Shown in pieces: positions 12,191-24,755 of a DNA stretch of 64,000 nucleotides. Under the pieces are notes generated by a model. That model did not search any database. It saw nothing but the letters and a program-made list of their open reading frames with translations, and had not been told where the DNA came from. The stretch's first letter is position 1. Every line of letters starts with the position of its first letter. The stretch spans positions 50,649,294 to 50,713,293 of the forward strand of contig NC_068991.1 of NCBI RefSeq assembly GCF_001194135.2, in the 5' to 3' direction. Source of the DNA: Octopus bimaculoides. Its lineage: Eukaryota. The position numbers and the translations under genes were made by a program.

Positions 12191-12542
12191 TTATTATTAT
12201 TAGTCTCAAACTTTTCGTCTGGTTTATAAAATCTTTGTGTTTTATCTCTCCAAACAACCAGAGGAACCCAATAATAGTCAAAACATTAGTTGACTTCTGA
12301 TTTGGTCTGTTGCAGTTACAGAAAGAGATGCCATATTTGGTGTCCTCCCCAACCGTCTCACCTTGGTGTCTTTGGTTAAGTAAGAACCCATCCCAGAATT
12401 AAGGCTTCTCCACTTATTCCCTGCAGACTCCAAGACATTAAAAAGTGTTTCGTTACTACATAACTTCAAGATACAGATAAAAACCAACCCAGTAATGATT
12501 AGTTTTCACTGAGGAATTCATTTTTGTTAATTGATACACCAT

Positions 12543-12746
12543 TTTGAGCGTGGCCGTTGCCAGTACCGCCTGACTGGCCTTCGTGCCGGTGGCACGTAAA
12601 AGCACCTACTACACTCTCTGAGTGGTTGGCGTTAGGAAGGGCATCCAGCTGTAGAAACTCTGCCAAATCAGATTGGAGCCTGGTCCTCAGTCAAATCGTC
12701 TAACCCATGCTAGCATGGAAAGCGGATGTTAAACGATGATGATGAA
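12543..12746 (+). mobile_element. RTE-type 3' end fragment
   Basis: GGTTGGCGTTAGGAAGGGCATCCAGCTGTAG...TTAAACGATGATGATGA. Confidence 0.85.
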
Positions 12747-12956
12747 ATAGAAGTGAGAAAGAAGTTGTGAAAGGAGCAAATGAAAAACAAAATAAGGATT
12801 GGGAGTGGTAGTGTGGTGGTGGTGGTGATACAATGCTAAAACTTGTTAAATAAGGAAAATACAAATTGCAGATTAGAAAAGAAATATATTCATATATGTT
12901 TTGAAAGCTTAAATAGCTTAAGACCTTAAAGAGAATACTTGATGTTCTCTGTAGGT

Positions 12957-13002
<46 letters not shown>

Positions 13003-13847
13003 GATATAGAAATTGGTGTCATGTTTGTAGCTACCTTTGCACTACATATTTCTTGAGTTTCCTTCTAGAGGGCAGGATGGAAGTGTTCTAAAATTGCAAT
13101 TGCTATGTGTGTGGTTTAAGTTTTAACTTTTACACAATTTTTCATTCTAATTGGCTACAATTTTTCAAAGTTGTTGGTAATGGAGTATGACTATTTTGTT
13201 TGTTAGTTTATATACTTGTGGTTGCATTTCTAATTACATTCTCATTCATGCTTGTTATATCCATGTAATTAGATAAAGACTCTTTATTACTGTTTCTTTG
13301 TTTCTTTAAAAAAGAAAAAAAAAAAAACTTTAATGAAAACAAAAATTATTTTCAGCAGATTCTGAATCCCTGATGTTCAAAATTTAGTTGACCAAAAATA
13401 AAATTTTAAATTTCTTTTTGTAAGATTACTCAACACTCCATCAGAAAGCATGAGGTAATAAAGGAGAAACTATATGATTAATTGACCAGCTAGAAATAGC
13501 AACCAATAAGCCATCAAAATGACATTATACGATTGAAATACTTAGAACTGTATTTATTTTCCGATTTTAAAAGAATTTATAAATATTTGGGGTATTTTTC
13601 AGTAAATTTCATATCCATTAAGTGTTTGATCAATCATTTTACCAAATTGATTTTTTTGTTATAAATACGTTTTTTTTTTTGCAAGGAAATGTCATACAAC
13701 CAATATACTTTTCATTAAAATACATTTAAACAAAAATAGGTTTTCAATGACTGTACCTAATGCCAAGTCAACAAAGAAAACACAAAACAACAGACTATGA
13801 AATAAAATCTTCAGATAAACCATTCTAGAACTTTGGAATCAACCCAC

Positions 13848-13951
13848 CTTCTCTTGTTTTTTAAGCTTGATTTCTTGTTCCGTCAGGTTTTCAGTACTAT
13901 CTTCAGCAAGTTTCTTCTTTTTCTTCTCCTTTTTCTTTTGAGTTTTAGATT
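13848..13951 (-). CDS. ESF1: ESF1 exon (Lys-rich)
   Basis: tttcag|AA...AAG|GTGGGT; KSKTQKKKEKKKKKLAED...KQEK; 104 nt, phase 1/0. Confidence 0.85.
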
Positions 13952-14129
13952 CTGAAAGTATATAATTAAACAATAAATGAGTAATTAATGTTAAACTTTG
14001 TAGTTAATTCTTTTAATCCTTTTCAAGCATCTCCCCAAGTTATAGATGTGTGTGTGTGTGTGTGTGTAAGGCATCTAAGAGTCCATCAGTCAGGGAAAAA
14101 TGCATTCATATATCTGTCAGCAGAGTGGG

Positions 14130-14428
14130 TATATTAATTGAAGTGTACAGTATTATATATCGATTATGACCAATCTTACCAATTGGTTTTGCACTAGAGG
14201 TTCAATGGGGTGTTAGGTAACAGTCCATTTATGTAACCCTGCACTCCTCAGGGGTAGCTATTATGGAATGAAATAGTCACCATATATCATTCCACAATGG
14301 CTACCTCTGAAGGGTGTAGGGTTACATAACCAAACTGTTACCTGACACTCTGTTGAAGCCCTAGTGCAAAACCAATCAGTAAGAGCAGCAGTTATGGATA
14401 TACAATACTGTACACTTTGATTAATATA
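14130..14428. mobile_element. About 300-bp fully palindromic foldback MITE
   Basis: The left half (..gtacagtatt..ttggttttgcactag..ggtaacagt..tatgtaaccct..ggtagc.att.tggaatga) mirrors the right half over the whole length; TA-rich ends. Confidence 0.85.
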
Positions 14429-15054
14429 GATGTCTTGGCTATAGCCTAGTCCACTGTATAGTTAACCAGGTGATACATAAAGGGGTCATACTCAATGACT
14501 GGTGTAGCAGCACCATAGTCAACTGCTACAAAGGTAAAGGTGACACTTTAGATACAAATAATTAGAGAGTTATCAAGTGGTTGGAAAGGGCATCCAGCTG
14601 TAGAAACTCTGCCAGATCAAATTGGAGCCTAGTGCAGACATCTGGTTTGCCAGTCCTCAGTCAAATCGTTCAACCCATGCCAGCATGGAAAACAGACGAT
14701 GTGTGTGTGTGTGTGCGCGTGTGAAGGCAAAAATCTATTAATACAAAGAGTTAATTTCAGTTTTCATATTTACAGTTATACCTTGTCAAACTACAGGTGC
14801 TATTAGTTTCATGGTTGCTCAAACTTTATCACTCAACCAGATTCTTTCTGTAGTGTTCAAGCAACAGTCAAAAGCTGACAATGCTACAGCTCAGTACATT
14901 TTTACTATTTCTCAATACTATCACCTTGCAGTCACCGACCCCATCTTAATTAGTCCCTCTATAATAGAAAAAATGACACAAACTATGAACCAACTGATAA
15001 CTGTCAATGGAATTTCTTTGATAATTTAGAAATAAAGAATGAAGTTAAACTCAC

Positions 15055-15175
15055 TTTTATTGCTGTCAAATTTGAGTTCACTGCTGAAATAAGGATCGTT
15101 TAAGTCTACATCAGATGGCATATCATCGTCACTCAACAAGGTTTTCTCCTCAGAAGTTTCTTTTTTAGCAGCAGC
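15055..15175 (-). CDS. ESF1: ESF1 exon
   Basis: tttcag|GCT...AAAA|GTGAGT; LSDDDMPSDVDLNDPYF motif; 121 nt, phase 0/1. Confidence 0.92.
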
Positions 15176-16333
15176 CTGAAACACACCAAAAAATAGAACA
15201 GCCATAGAGCCGAAAGAACTTTGACAAAAACAAATGAAATATAATATTCAAACCATAAAAATATAAAAAGGGAAATGTTGATCTTGGCAAGAAACGAATA
15301 CATATCAATTTGGTATTAAAGCAAATAAAATAAAATCTAAGGGAAATTAATGGGGGTAGTGGTTGTGGCAGCAAATATTTATCCACAAAAGAATCTGTAG
15401 ACATGGAGTTGAGTTAAAGAATGCAAAAAAAAAAAAAAAAAAAATCTAATGTTTCAGTCAGTTATCTTTCTTCAGAGAGAGAAAGATGGAGACTATAGGG
15501 AAATGTTACTTTAGTCACAATTTGGCAACCAAAGCTGTAATATTTGTATATATTCTCACTCAATGAGACATGAGAGACTTTTATTCCTCATGACAAGTCA
15601 AATGAAATCCACAAATAGCAAGGAGAATCCCATCAAATGTGAAAAATATCTGGCAGTAAAAATAATACTGATCATATAACTATTGCTATGAATGGTCATA
15701 TTATCATTTCCTGATCACAAGAACATTATTTAACCATATTAAATATACTAGTCACAGAGCAGTTGATTGGACATACACACACACTATATAGATATTTCTT
15801 TTACATCTTTCCAGTGAAACTCTTTTCAATGCGGATTGTATATATTTTACTTACAAGAGGGTTTTCTGATTGCAAAAAAAAAACATGGTGGTGCTATCTC
15901 TAGAAAAATTTGAGTTTCTAACATAAAAAGAGAGCCAATGTTTCTTAACTGCTTAACTATAAAATGTGAGAGGAAGAAGTTGTCAAATTGCTTATCTAAG
16001 ATCTCCTTCAAATGATACAATGTAGTGTTTCCTTCTTACTTCAAATGAGAAAACAAACTACACAGCATTCTAATAAAATACTTGTCAAGTATAGCGATCT
16101 TGTTATTGTTCCAGCTGTACCCAAGCATAACATTTACATAAAGATAGATTGATAGAAGTAGTGAGATTAACTGGGTGACAGCAAACATGCAGCATTGCAT
16201 TGGTAGTGGAATACAAAACAGTTGAAACTTCAGTCAACAATCTGATATCCATTTAACCAGACTAGATGTAATTCTCCGAGATGGTGTCTTGAGAGGAAGA
16301 AATGGTAAAAAAAAAAAAAATTGCTGAGACTAC

Positions 16334-16455
16334 CTTTCGTGCCGATTTTTTCTCTTTCCGTTTTGCTTTTACTTTGTCAAGGTAATCCAACCATGGAGTT
16401 GAATTCTGTTTCTTACTTCTTTGCTTGAGAAGGCTTTCAGTCTTTTCTTTCAGGC
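16334..16455 (-). CDS. ESF1: ESF1 exon
   Basis: tttaag|GC...AAG|GTAGTC; GLKEKTESLLKQ...TPWLDYLDKVKAKRKEKK; 122 nt, phase 1/0. Confidence 0.9.
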
Positions 16456-17074
16456 CTTAAATAAAATTAAAAACTTATGTTGCTACAATGTGAACATCTC
16501 ATAGTAAAGAAACATTTTAAAATAATCTTAGTAAGATCAAAAGAGATAGCTTTTTAACCCATTACCTACCAGGGATCTCATATGAGATCACTTAAAAATT
16601 ACAAATTTCGTAATTATCTGTCAATATTTACACATATCTAACCTTTTTGCTATATCTACTAGGTATATTTCTCTGATATTCAAATGAGGTTTGCTAATTT
16701 TTCACCCAATATCTCGCTTATTTCTATTTAAAATGTTATTTTGATCATTCCAGCGTGTTTCTAAGGCTGTTTTATGCTAGAAATCAAAGTTTCATAAAAA
16801 AATTCCAGTTAATAGAATTATGGGAAGTAATGGGTGCTTTTTATGTGGTACTAGCACCCACACCACATAAACATGGCACCTTGGTTTTGATGCCAACCAT
16901 TACTTGTTTTACCATTAAGATACTTTATTTCACATCATCTGTAGAAACCACCGTTACTGGAGACATAACATCAATGTTGAAGTGGTATCGAACATTTACA
17001 ACAATTCACTTTCCACCCCAACCACCTACATAAAGGTATAATCAACCTGATCATTAGAAACATTAATTCTATAC

Positions 17075-17245
17075 CTGGCTCCCATGTTATTTCCATTTCA
17101 ACATTTCCTTGCTTCTTCTTCATCCTTTCTGTGGCAGCTTCAAGCAACTTTTTATATTTGTTCATTTTCTCTTCTCTTCCTTCTTCGTTTTCACTATCAC
17201 TTTTAGCAGAATGGTCATCGTCATCACTTCCTATAGCATCAAGTC
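17075..17245 (-). CDS. ESF1: ESF1 exon
   Basis: ttgcag|GA...CCAG|GTATAG; KYKKLL...NVEMEITWEPG motif; 171 nt, phase 1/1. Confidence 0.92.
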
Positions 17246-17371
17246 CTGCAAAAACACAAAACAACAAAGACATCTCTTATTGGTGCCACAATCTTCATTG
17301 ATATAGACAAGAAATGGGACATCAACAAAATATAATCTAAACATCACTAATCAGCCAGGGTAGATTTAGAC

Positions 17372-17621
17372 CAATGGTTCCCAAACTTTTCTGGGCTGCT
17401 GTCTCCTTGGCTCCAAAGCCACATTCCTAGCAACGCTCCCCTCCCCCCATCATCATCACAAATTCAATACAACTGTATTTCACAAATAAAACCTAAGCTA
17501 ATTAACCTGTTATTTCATTGTCTTTACATCCATTGCCCTCTATTTGCCACCTCATTATCACCCTACTTTTCTTTACCGTCCCCCACCCCCAGGGAGACAC
17601 TGCCCACTTTGGAAGCCACTG
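17372..17621. mobile_element. hAT-type MITE
   Basis: TIR CAATGGTTCCCAAACT / ACTTTGGAAGCCACTG; 8-bp TSD atttagac / gtttagac. Confidence 0.8.
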
Positions 17622-17797
17622 GTTTAGACCAAAGTGTGAAGGATATGTGTAACAGTTTGTTCTACATAATGAGATAATTAAGCAGCAACTTAGTAAATAC
17701 CTTGTTAATTGTGAGAAATTCCATGATAATTACTCTTAGCTTACATGAGGGTTACATCGAATTAGTTAAACTACATGTTACTAATTGTGCAATAATA

Positions 17798-18203
17798 GGC
17801 GCAGGAGTGGCTGTGTGGTAAGTAGCTTGCTTACCAACCACATGGTTCCGGGTTCAGCCCCACTGCGTGGCACCTCGGGCAAGTCTCTACTACTATAGCC
17901 TCAGGTCAACCAAAGCCTTGTGAGTAGATTTGGTAGACAGAAACTGAAAGAAGCCCATCGTATATATGTATATGAATGTATATGTATGTATGTGTGTGCA
18001 TATGTTTGTCCCCCCCCAACATCACTTGACAACCGATGCTGGTGTGTTTACGTCCCCATAACTTAGCAGTTCGTCGAAAGAGACCAATAGAATAAGTACC
18101 AGGCTTACAAAGAATAAGTCCTGGGGTCGATTTGCTCGACTAAAGGCAGTGCTCCAGCATGGCCACAGTCAAATGACTTAAACAAATAAAAGAGTAAAAA
18201 GAG
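17798..18203 (+). mobile_element. tRNA-derived SINE (family B, head GGCGCAGGAGTGGCTGTGTGGTAAG), full length with internal microsatellite
   Basis: A/B boxes, CCT.GGGCAAGT CORE-like motif, AAAAGAGT tail repeats; many other copies in the window. Confidence 0.9.
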
Positions 18204-18269
18204 TTAATAATCATATCTTTGACTAATTGCTTGATGTCATTAATCCTAGGAAAGATTAAAAAATGAGAC

Positions 18270-18328
18270 CTTCATTTTCAGAGTCATCAGAACTTGAAGC
18301 CAAATAAGCTTTGAAGTCATCCATTATC
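18270..18328 (-). CDS. ESF1: ESF1 exon, 3' part only (5' part in N gap 18329-18755)
   Basis: IMDDFKAYLASSSDDSENE matches the conserved DF.AYLASSSE motif; a phase 1 donor GAAG|GTCTCA is needed to join the next exon. Confidence 0.8.
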
Positions 18329-18983
18329 NNNNNNNNNNNNNNNNNNNNNNNNNNNNNNNNNNNNNNNNNNNNNNNNNNNNNNNNNNNNNNNNNNNNNNNN
18401 NNNNNNNNNNNNNNNNNNNNNNNNNNNNNNNNNNNNNNNNNNNNNNNNNNNNNNNNNNNNNNNNNNNNNNNNNNNNNNNNNNNNNNNNNNNNNNNNNNNN
18501 NNNNNNNNNNNNNNNNNNNNNNNNNNNNNNNNNNNNNNNNNNNNNNNNNNNNNNNNNNNNNNNNNNNNNNNNNNNNNNNNNNNNNNNNNNNNNNNNNNNN
18601 NNNNNNNNNNNNNNNNNNNNNNNNNNNNNNNNNNNNNNNNNNNNNNNNNNNNNNNNNNNNNNNNNNNNNNNNNNNNNNNNNNNNNNNNNNNNNNNNNNNN
18701 NNNNNNNNNNNNNNNNNNNNNNNNNNNNNNNNNNNNNNNNNNNNNNNNNNNNNNNGTTTAAGAACTTCAAAATAAAATATATATTAATAACCAGTGGTTT
18801 TCAGAACAGGTGGCAGCTGCTGTTAATATATTAAAGAAGAACCAATTCTAATGAGTGGGGAAATGAATGGGAGAAGGGCTGCAGGGTTAACAAATTTACA
18901 CTGAAATCGGGTATTTCCAGACCTGATCCTCCTGCACATCAAATGTCTTTTATTGGAAACTTGGGGTGACCAATCACTTGGTT

Positions 18984-19017
<34 letters not shown>

Positions 19018-19394
19018 TACACACACATACATATATATTGTATGTGTGTGTATATATATATCTTATCTTTTACTTGTTTCAGTTGTTTGATTGTGGCTGT
19101 GCTGGGACATTGTCAAGATTTGAAACCAATGTATTTGGTCTGACATAGAAAGAAATCTATTGTGGGGTGAAAAGGAGATTGCAACACTTGAATATATTTT
19201 AAAAATTGATTTCCTTGATCTTGTTGAAATGAATAGTAAGAATTGAACTCATCAACACAGAATAATGAATTAGATGTGCTAAGGAATTCATTTTAAATCT
19301 TTAGTCATAAGCATTTCAACTTTTACAAAGTATCTAAATATAGAAAAACAACAACAGACAAATAGAAAATAATACAAAAAAAGAATAACTCCCT

Positions 19395-19978
19395 GTCTTT
19401 TATCTTCTGTTTGCGTCAGTCATCAGACTATGACTATGCTGGGGCACTGTTTTGAAGAATTTTTAATCAAATGAATCAACCCCAGTACTTGACTTTTTTT
19501 AAGTCTAGTACTTCTATCAGTTTCTTTTGCCGAACCACTAAGTTACAAGAATGTAAATATACCAACACTCGTTGTCAATTGGTAGTGGGGGACAAGCACA
19601 GACATATATATAAATATACATATATCATGTAAAAGTACCCACTACACTCTCTGAGTGGTTGGCGTTAGGAAGGGCATCCAGCTGTAGAAACTCTGCCAGA
19701 TCAGATTGGAGCCTGGTGTAACCACCTGGTTCACCAGTCCTCAGTCAAATCGTCCAACCCATGCTAGCATGGAAAGCGGACGTTAAACGATGATGATGAT
19801 ATATATATATACACATACAACAAGCTTCTTTCAGTTTCTGCCTACCAAATCCACTCACAAGGCTTTGGTCAGCCCATGGCTATAGTAGAAGACACATGCC
19901 CAAAGTGCCATGCAGTCGGACTGAACCTGGAACCATGTCATCAGGAAGCAAGCTTCTTACAACACAGCCATGCCTGCA
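19395..19978 (-). mobile_element. Family B SINE with a plus-strand RTE 3' end (about 19632-19800) nested in its microsatellite
   Basis: The SINE halves flank an RTE tail ending GATGATGAT. Confidence 0.8.
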
Positions 19979-20069
19979 TCTTCTGTATCAAGAATAATAG
20001 AATTATGAAAATCTAAACGGTTCTGTGAGGATGTTGAGTTTGTGGTAACTTGAAATGAATTTATTTTAC

Positions 20070-20187
20070 CGTAGAGGCACTCATAGCATTGTTCACAAAT
20101 TGGTTTGGTCTGTATTGGTCTTTGGAAGGCATCTCAGTGCAAACATCTCGAGCAGTCTCAGTAAATCCCATATGAGCAGGTATAAAT
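20070..20187 (-). CDS. ESF1: ESF1 exon
   Basis: tttcag|A...ACG|GTAAAA; RFIPAHMGF...YRPNQFVNNAMSAST; 118 nt, phase 2/0. Confidence 0.9.
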
Positions 20188-20647
20188 CTGAAAATTGCAG
20201 AAAGATTGTTGACACTAAAATATCGAAAGACCAAAAATTTGAATATCAAATACTATAATATCAAGGGATTCAAATGCAGTTATTTTAGGGGAAAATGGTA
20301 AAAGCTATTGATTTCTTTTTATTGGTTTGCCTTGACAACTTCTGTAGTGGAAGTTGTAATCAACTGAATTGAAAATGACCCTGAAAAACTAACTCACATG
20401 GGAGAAAGTCTGAATATGACTCTTTTAATTATTCCACTGACCCCAACTTTATCAACAAATAAAAAACAAAGTGAATCTCAGTGGGGTTTGAACCCAGAAA
20501 CAGGAAAAAAAAAAAAAAAAGATTACATATGAGATAATTTGTCCCTCCTTAACTATGTGTAAAAGTTCTCATGGCTTTGTTAATTACAAATAAATAAATT
20601 AGAAATACTAATCGAGGAATTAAAATGAAATTTTTTATATTACTTAC

Positions 20648-20807
20648 CGCATATCAAAGCAGGTCCTACTTTGTTCATATTCAGTGCCATCAAGTTCATT
20701 ATAAAGATAATTGGCAGTGTCCTCACAATCACATTCCACCACAGAATAATAATATTTCATTCGATTTATTTCATATTGACGTAACTTTTCATTATGGAAA
20801 GTATTTC
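20648..20807 (-). CDS. ESF1: ESF1 exon
   Basis: ttgtag|GA...ATGCG|GTAAGT; EKLRQYEINRMKYYYSVVECD...YNELDGTEYE...FDMR, the conserved ESF1 core; 160 nt, phase 1/2. Confidence 0.95.
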
Positions 20808-20919
20808 CTACAAACACATAAACAGTGAAGCAAACTCAAATACTAGTTTAATACAGTATATATTAAAATATGTACATATAATAAATATTACTATATTATA
20901 TGTATATAATATAGTCATT

Positions 20920-21335
20920 GGACACAAAACTCAGCTTGTGAAGACCTGTTGGGGCAAGTGAAAGCGAAATCGCGATGGCGCCTGCGCCCAGCGTCACCTT
21001 TCTGGAACTTGTACCCACGGCATGTGTAAGGACTTTCGAGCGAGATCGTTGCCAGTGCCGCTGAACTGGCTCGTGCGGGTGGCACATAAAATACATCATT
21101 TTGAGTGTGGCCGTTGCCAGTCCCGCCTGACTGGCCTTCATGCTGGTGGCACATAAAAGCACCCACTACACTCTCGGAATGGTTGGCGTTAGGAAGGGCA
21201 TCCAGCTGTAGAAACTCTGCCAAATCAGATTGGGCCTGGTGTAGCCATCTAGTTTCACCAGTCCTCAGTCAAATCGTCCAACCCATGCTAGCATGGAAAG
21301 CGGATGTTAAACGACGATGATGATGATGATGATGA
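20920..21335 (+). mobile_element. Long RTE-type 3' region with (GAT)n tail
   Basis: Same family as the other GAT-tailed copies. Confidence 0.85.
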
Positions 21336-21378
21336 ACGGTTAATAAATCTAAATCTGTAAAGACAATCAAGCAATTAC

Positions 21379-21502
21379 CTTCTTCAGCTTCACTGTCATT
21401 GTTCTCATCATCTGACATGTCTTTTACTATTTCAGCAAGTTCAGGTGGGCCTTTCAGGTTTTCCTCTTCCATTCTCTTCAGTCCAAACTCTGATGGATAG
21501 AT
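21379..21502 (-). CDS. ESF1: ESF1 exon
   Basis: ttgtag|ATC; IYPSEFGLKRMEEENLKGP; GAAG|GTAATT; 124 nt, phase 0/1. Confidence 0.95.
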
Positions 21503-21946
21503 CTACAAAAACAAATTACATATTTAAACTACTTTTGTAGCTTTTAAATGATAGCACAATAGCTGTGACCTTTGACACCACACCCACAGCTGTCTGAAGT
21601 AATATAGATTGAGGTCTTTGAATGTCACTGTCAGAAACAACACAACACCATGATGCTACTAAATATGCAACTGACCCAATAAGCAGTAGCTTTCAGTATT
21701 TTAAATAATTATTTACTTCAAGGATAGAAATATAAAGGATTTTCCTAATCCAGCTATACAATGGGATTATATGAAAACAAATTTGATAAATTTCAAAACT
21801 GTTTAACAAGTTCAGTTGATTCTGAAGTGGTATTGGAAAGTGAAACAACTACAAAGTAATGGAGAGGCAACATTTACCTAGAATGCACACACAAACACAC
21901 ACTTATCACTGTATTTAGTTGGTTTCATTTGGTAATAACTATTTAA

Positions 21947-22118
21947 CCCTTTAGCATTCTGTCAAATGTAATATTTATTTATTCAAACTGTCTTGACTCA
22001 TTCATGTATCATTTTGTAGCTTTGAGATTTTGATGATTTTAGAATATTGTAGGGTAGGCGCAAGATCTGATCAGTTTGAATATTTGGGCTGGATATGGCC
22101 AGTTTAAAGGCTAAAGGG
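21947..22118. mobile_element. piggyBac-like MITE
   Basis: TTAA|CCCTTTAGC ... CTAAAGGG|TTAG; related copies at 43297-43516 and 60452-60666. Confidence 0.75.
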
Positions 22119-22214
22119 TTAGATGTCAAAAACTTTTGTCATCCAACAATGATCTGGAGACTGAGAAACAGTGGAAGAAAGGGTTGGAGATGAGGTCAGT
22201 GATGAGAAATTTTC

Positions 22215-22482
22215 AATGGACTGGCTCCTGTGCAGGTGGCATGTAAAAAACACCATTTTGAGCGTGGTCATTGTCAGTACCACCTGACTGGCCCTTGTGC
22301 CGGTGGCACATAAAAGCACCCACTACACTCTCAGAGTGGTTGGCGTTAGGTAGGGCATCCAGCTGTAGAAACTCTGCCAGTTCAGATTGGAGCCTGGTGC
22401 AGCCATCTGGTTCGCCAGTCCTCAGTCATATCGTCCAACCCATGCTAGCATGGAAAGCGAATGTTAAACAGTGATGATGATG
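22215..22482 (+). mobile_element. RTE-type 3' end fragment
   Basis: Conserved tail motif and GATGAT end. Confidence 0.85.
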
Positions 22483-22582
22483 CTGATATATAATACAACA
22501 TGAAACAAGAGTGAGTGTGATGATATACGTGTGACTTAAATGTCATGATTACTACAGTGCAATAATAAGATCAATATATTAC

Positions 22583-22776
22583 CTTAACCGAAAGGATAGC
22601 ACCTTGTGGTGGTTTAAAAGAATTGAGTACAACAAAAAGATCAGCTGCTGTGATATTTTCCCAGTCCATGTTGCAAATTGCTAACCGAGAAGAACTTTCT
22701 GAAGCCAAAACTGCATCTTTATCCATTTCACCCCAATCATGGACAATATTTTCAGCTTCTGGTCCTGGATAATTTT
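22583..22776 (-). CDS. ESF1: ESF1 exon
   Basis: tttcag|AA...AAG|GTAATA; [10 protein letters not shown]...[36 protein letters not shown]; 194 nt, phase 1/0. Confidence 0.95.
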
Positions 22777-23580
22777 CTGAAACAAAACACCAATTCTTTA
22801 CACTATTTGTAACCAGTGAGATGAAACATTTCTATAGATTATCAATAATCATTGAATGTTTATACACTGTGAAGAGGCCCCAGTCAACTTTGGTAAAGGA
22901 AGTTTTACTTTTGTTGTTTCATATTTATTTTATGCCGGCATGGTTGGATTGGACTGTTTTGGCAGAAGTCCTCTTCCCTGTGGACTTTGGATCAGAGATA
23001 CAATACAAAAGTTGGTTAATTTTCATTTACTAACCATCAGGTCAGAAATCACAGTTGTACTTGGTTAATCATATTAAATCAATGTGAATAAATGTCTTTT
23101 ATTTCAGAAATCCTAATGGTAAAAAGCTAAAGTGACATCCCACCAGATTTAAGCTCACAACAGGTACGCATCAACATTCAGCATCCAGTCCAGTTCAGTT
23201 CATTAAGATTATCACCATCTCCAGCAACCTTTAGATGCATTATAAGACAATGAACGAGCCTCTAGGTGGTCGTTTTATCTACTAAAATTAACGACCAAAC
23301 CTCCCTCAAATCACACTTTGCAATCTTCTGAAGGGATGAACACAATGGATTATTTAGTAGCAGATATGCAATGCACCATAGAAGGACAGGGTGGTGAGGA
23401 TTGGAAACTTATGCTCACAGGTCTGCTTCATAAGAGCTGACCTGGAACAAAACAACACCACCATGCAATATTCTATGCATAGAACATAATAAGAACCCAG
23501 ATAAAATATCTTGGAAAATTAGCAACTACTGAGACCCCACCACCACCACAAAAATAATAAATACAAAAGAACTTACTAAC

Positions 23581-23664
23581 CATCTAGTGAGTCAAAATCA
23601 GAATCATCTGATGAGCTACTTTCATTACCGATGCCTCGAGCCAAATCTTGACCACTTCCTAAAC
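23581..23664 (-). CDS. ESF1: ESF1 exon (alternative acceptor would start at 23658)
   Basis: GLGSGQDLARGIGNESSSSDD (DLARG.G motif); donor GATG|GTTAGT; 84 or 78 nt, phase 1/1. Confidence 0.88.
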
Positions 23665-24755
23665 CTAAATAAAATGGAGAAAATAAAATTCATAAAATAT
23701 AAGCATAAAAATATAAATTAAATGCAAATGAAATAGTAAAAAACTAAAATTAAAAAAAACCAATGCATTTCCAAAATAAGTGTGAGACTAACACTGGCCT
23801 TCAGTTACAATCATAAAGATAAACTAAGCTTCAAGTCAGTGACCTATGGTTAAAGTCATGATATATGGGGTGATGATAAACCTCAGGCTGAACTCTTATC
23901 TCTATGTTTGCAATAGACTGAAGTAACCATGAAACATGAGGCAACATTCAACTGGATGAAATGATGCAACTTAAGCTTTAAATAGATACAAACTTGGGTA
24001 TGCAGGTACTTTGGAAAATGCCTCACGGAGTGAGGACTTTGCCCTGAATAGTTATGGGTTGCCCTTAGGCAAGGCATAGCACCCGTTCAGCTACCCTGCC
24101 AGGGATATGACGAACTCATGAGACTGCAGCATGGCAGATTGTGAATAGGTAGTGTAAGAGCTCAACTGAGTCAATGATGCTTCTCACATTGAAGCTAAAC
24201 AGAGGAATCCTAGGTCAACAGTCAGAATCACCAAGATCTCTCAAGAGAGTAACTGCAATGCATCCACAGACGTGATGTCCATGGTTGTGTAATCAGCTAA
24301 TGAAAGATTCATTATGACTCAAGCTCTCAATTGAAATACGAATAATAGAATCGGGTGGCAACAGAGAGTTGCAGGAATCTGTGCAAATAGTGCTACTTGA
24401 AGAGAGAAGATAGAAATACTTAAATAAACCCAAATATGCACTATATTACTTTCAGACAATATACTTTTACTTACTTACACACAAAAAAATGCAGCAAGTC
24501 AAATATTTTCACTTACAACAGTGTAGCCATACCAGTAGACTGTAGTCTGACCTACTGTATTTCAAGTGTCTGAACAAAATTCTCATTGAAACCCACTTTT
24601 TCTACTACTATAGATTCCGTCCTTACCATGTTTTGTCCATTTATTAACCAAGGTTAGCTAATCCTTTGGAAAGGATATGAGAACTAACCTTACTTAGAAA
24701 ATGAAAATATAAACCACTGTAACACAAAAAAAGGTTAGAAAAAAAAAAAGCATGC

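Noticed and set aside
20896-21320. Recurring small ORFs (MAEFLQLDALPNANHSESVVGAF-like; also 22271, 25402, 55044)
   Set aside because: Chance frames in the multicopy RTE 3' UTR, with different stops and frameshifts in each copy.
23100-23240. Box C/D snoRNA in an ESF1 intron
   Set aside because: A D-box-like CTGA is present on the minus strand, but there is no canonical C box or terminal stem.
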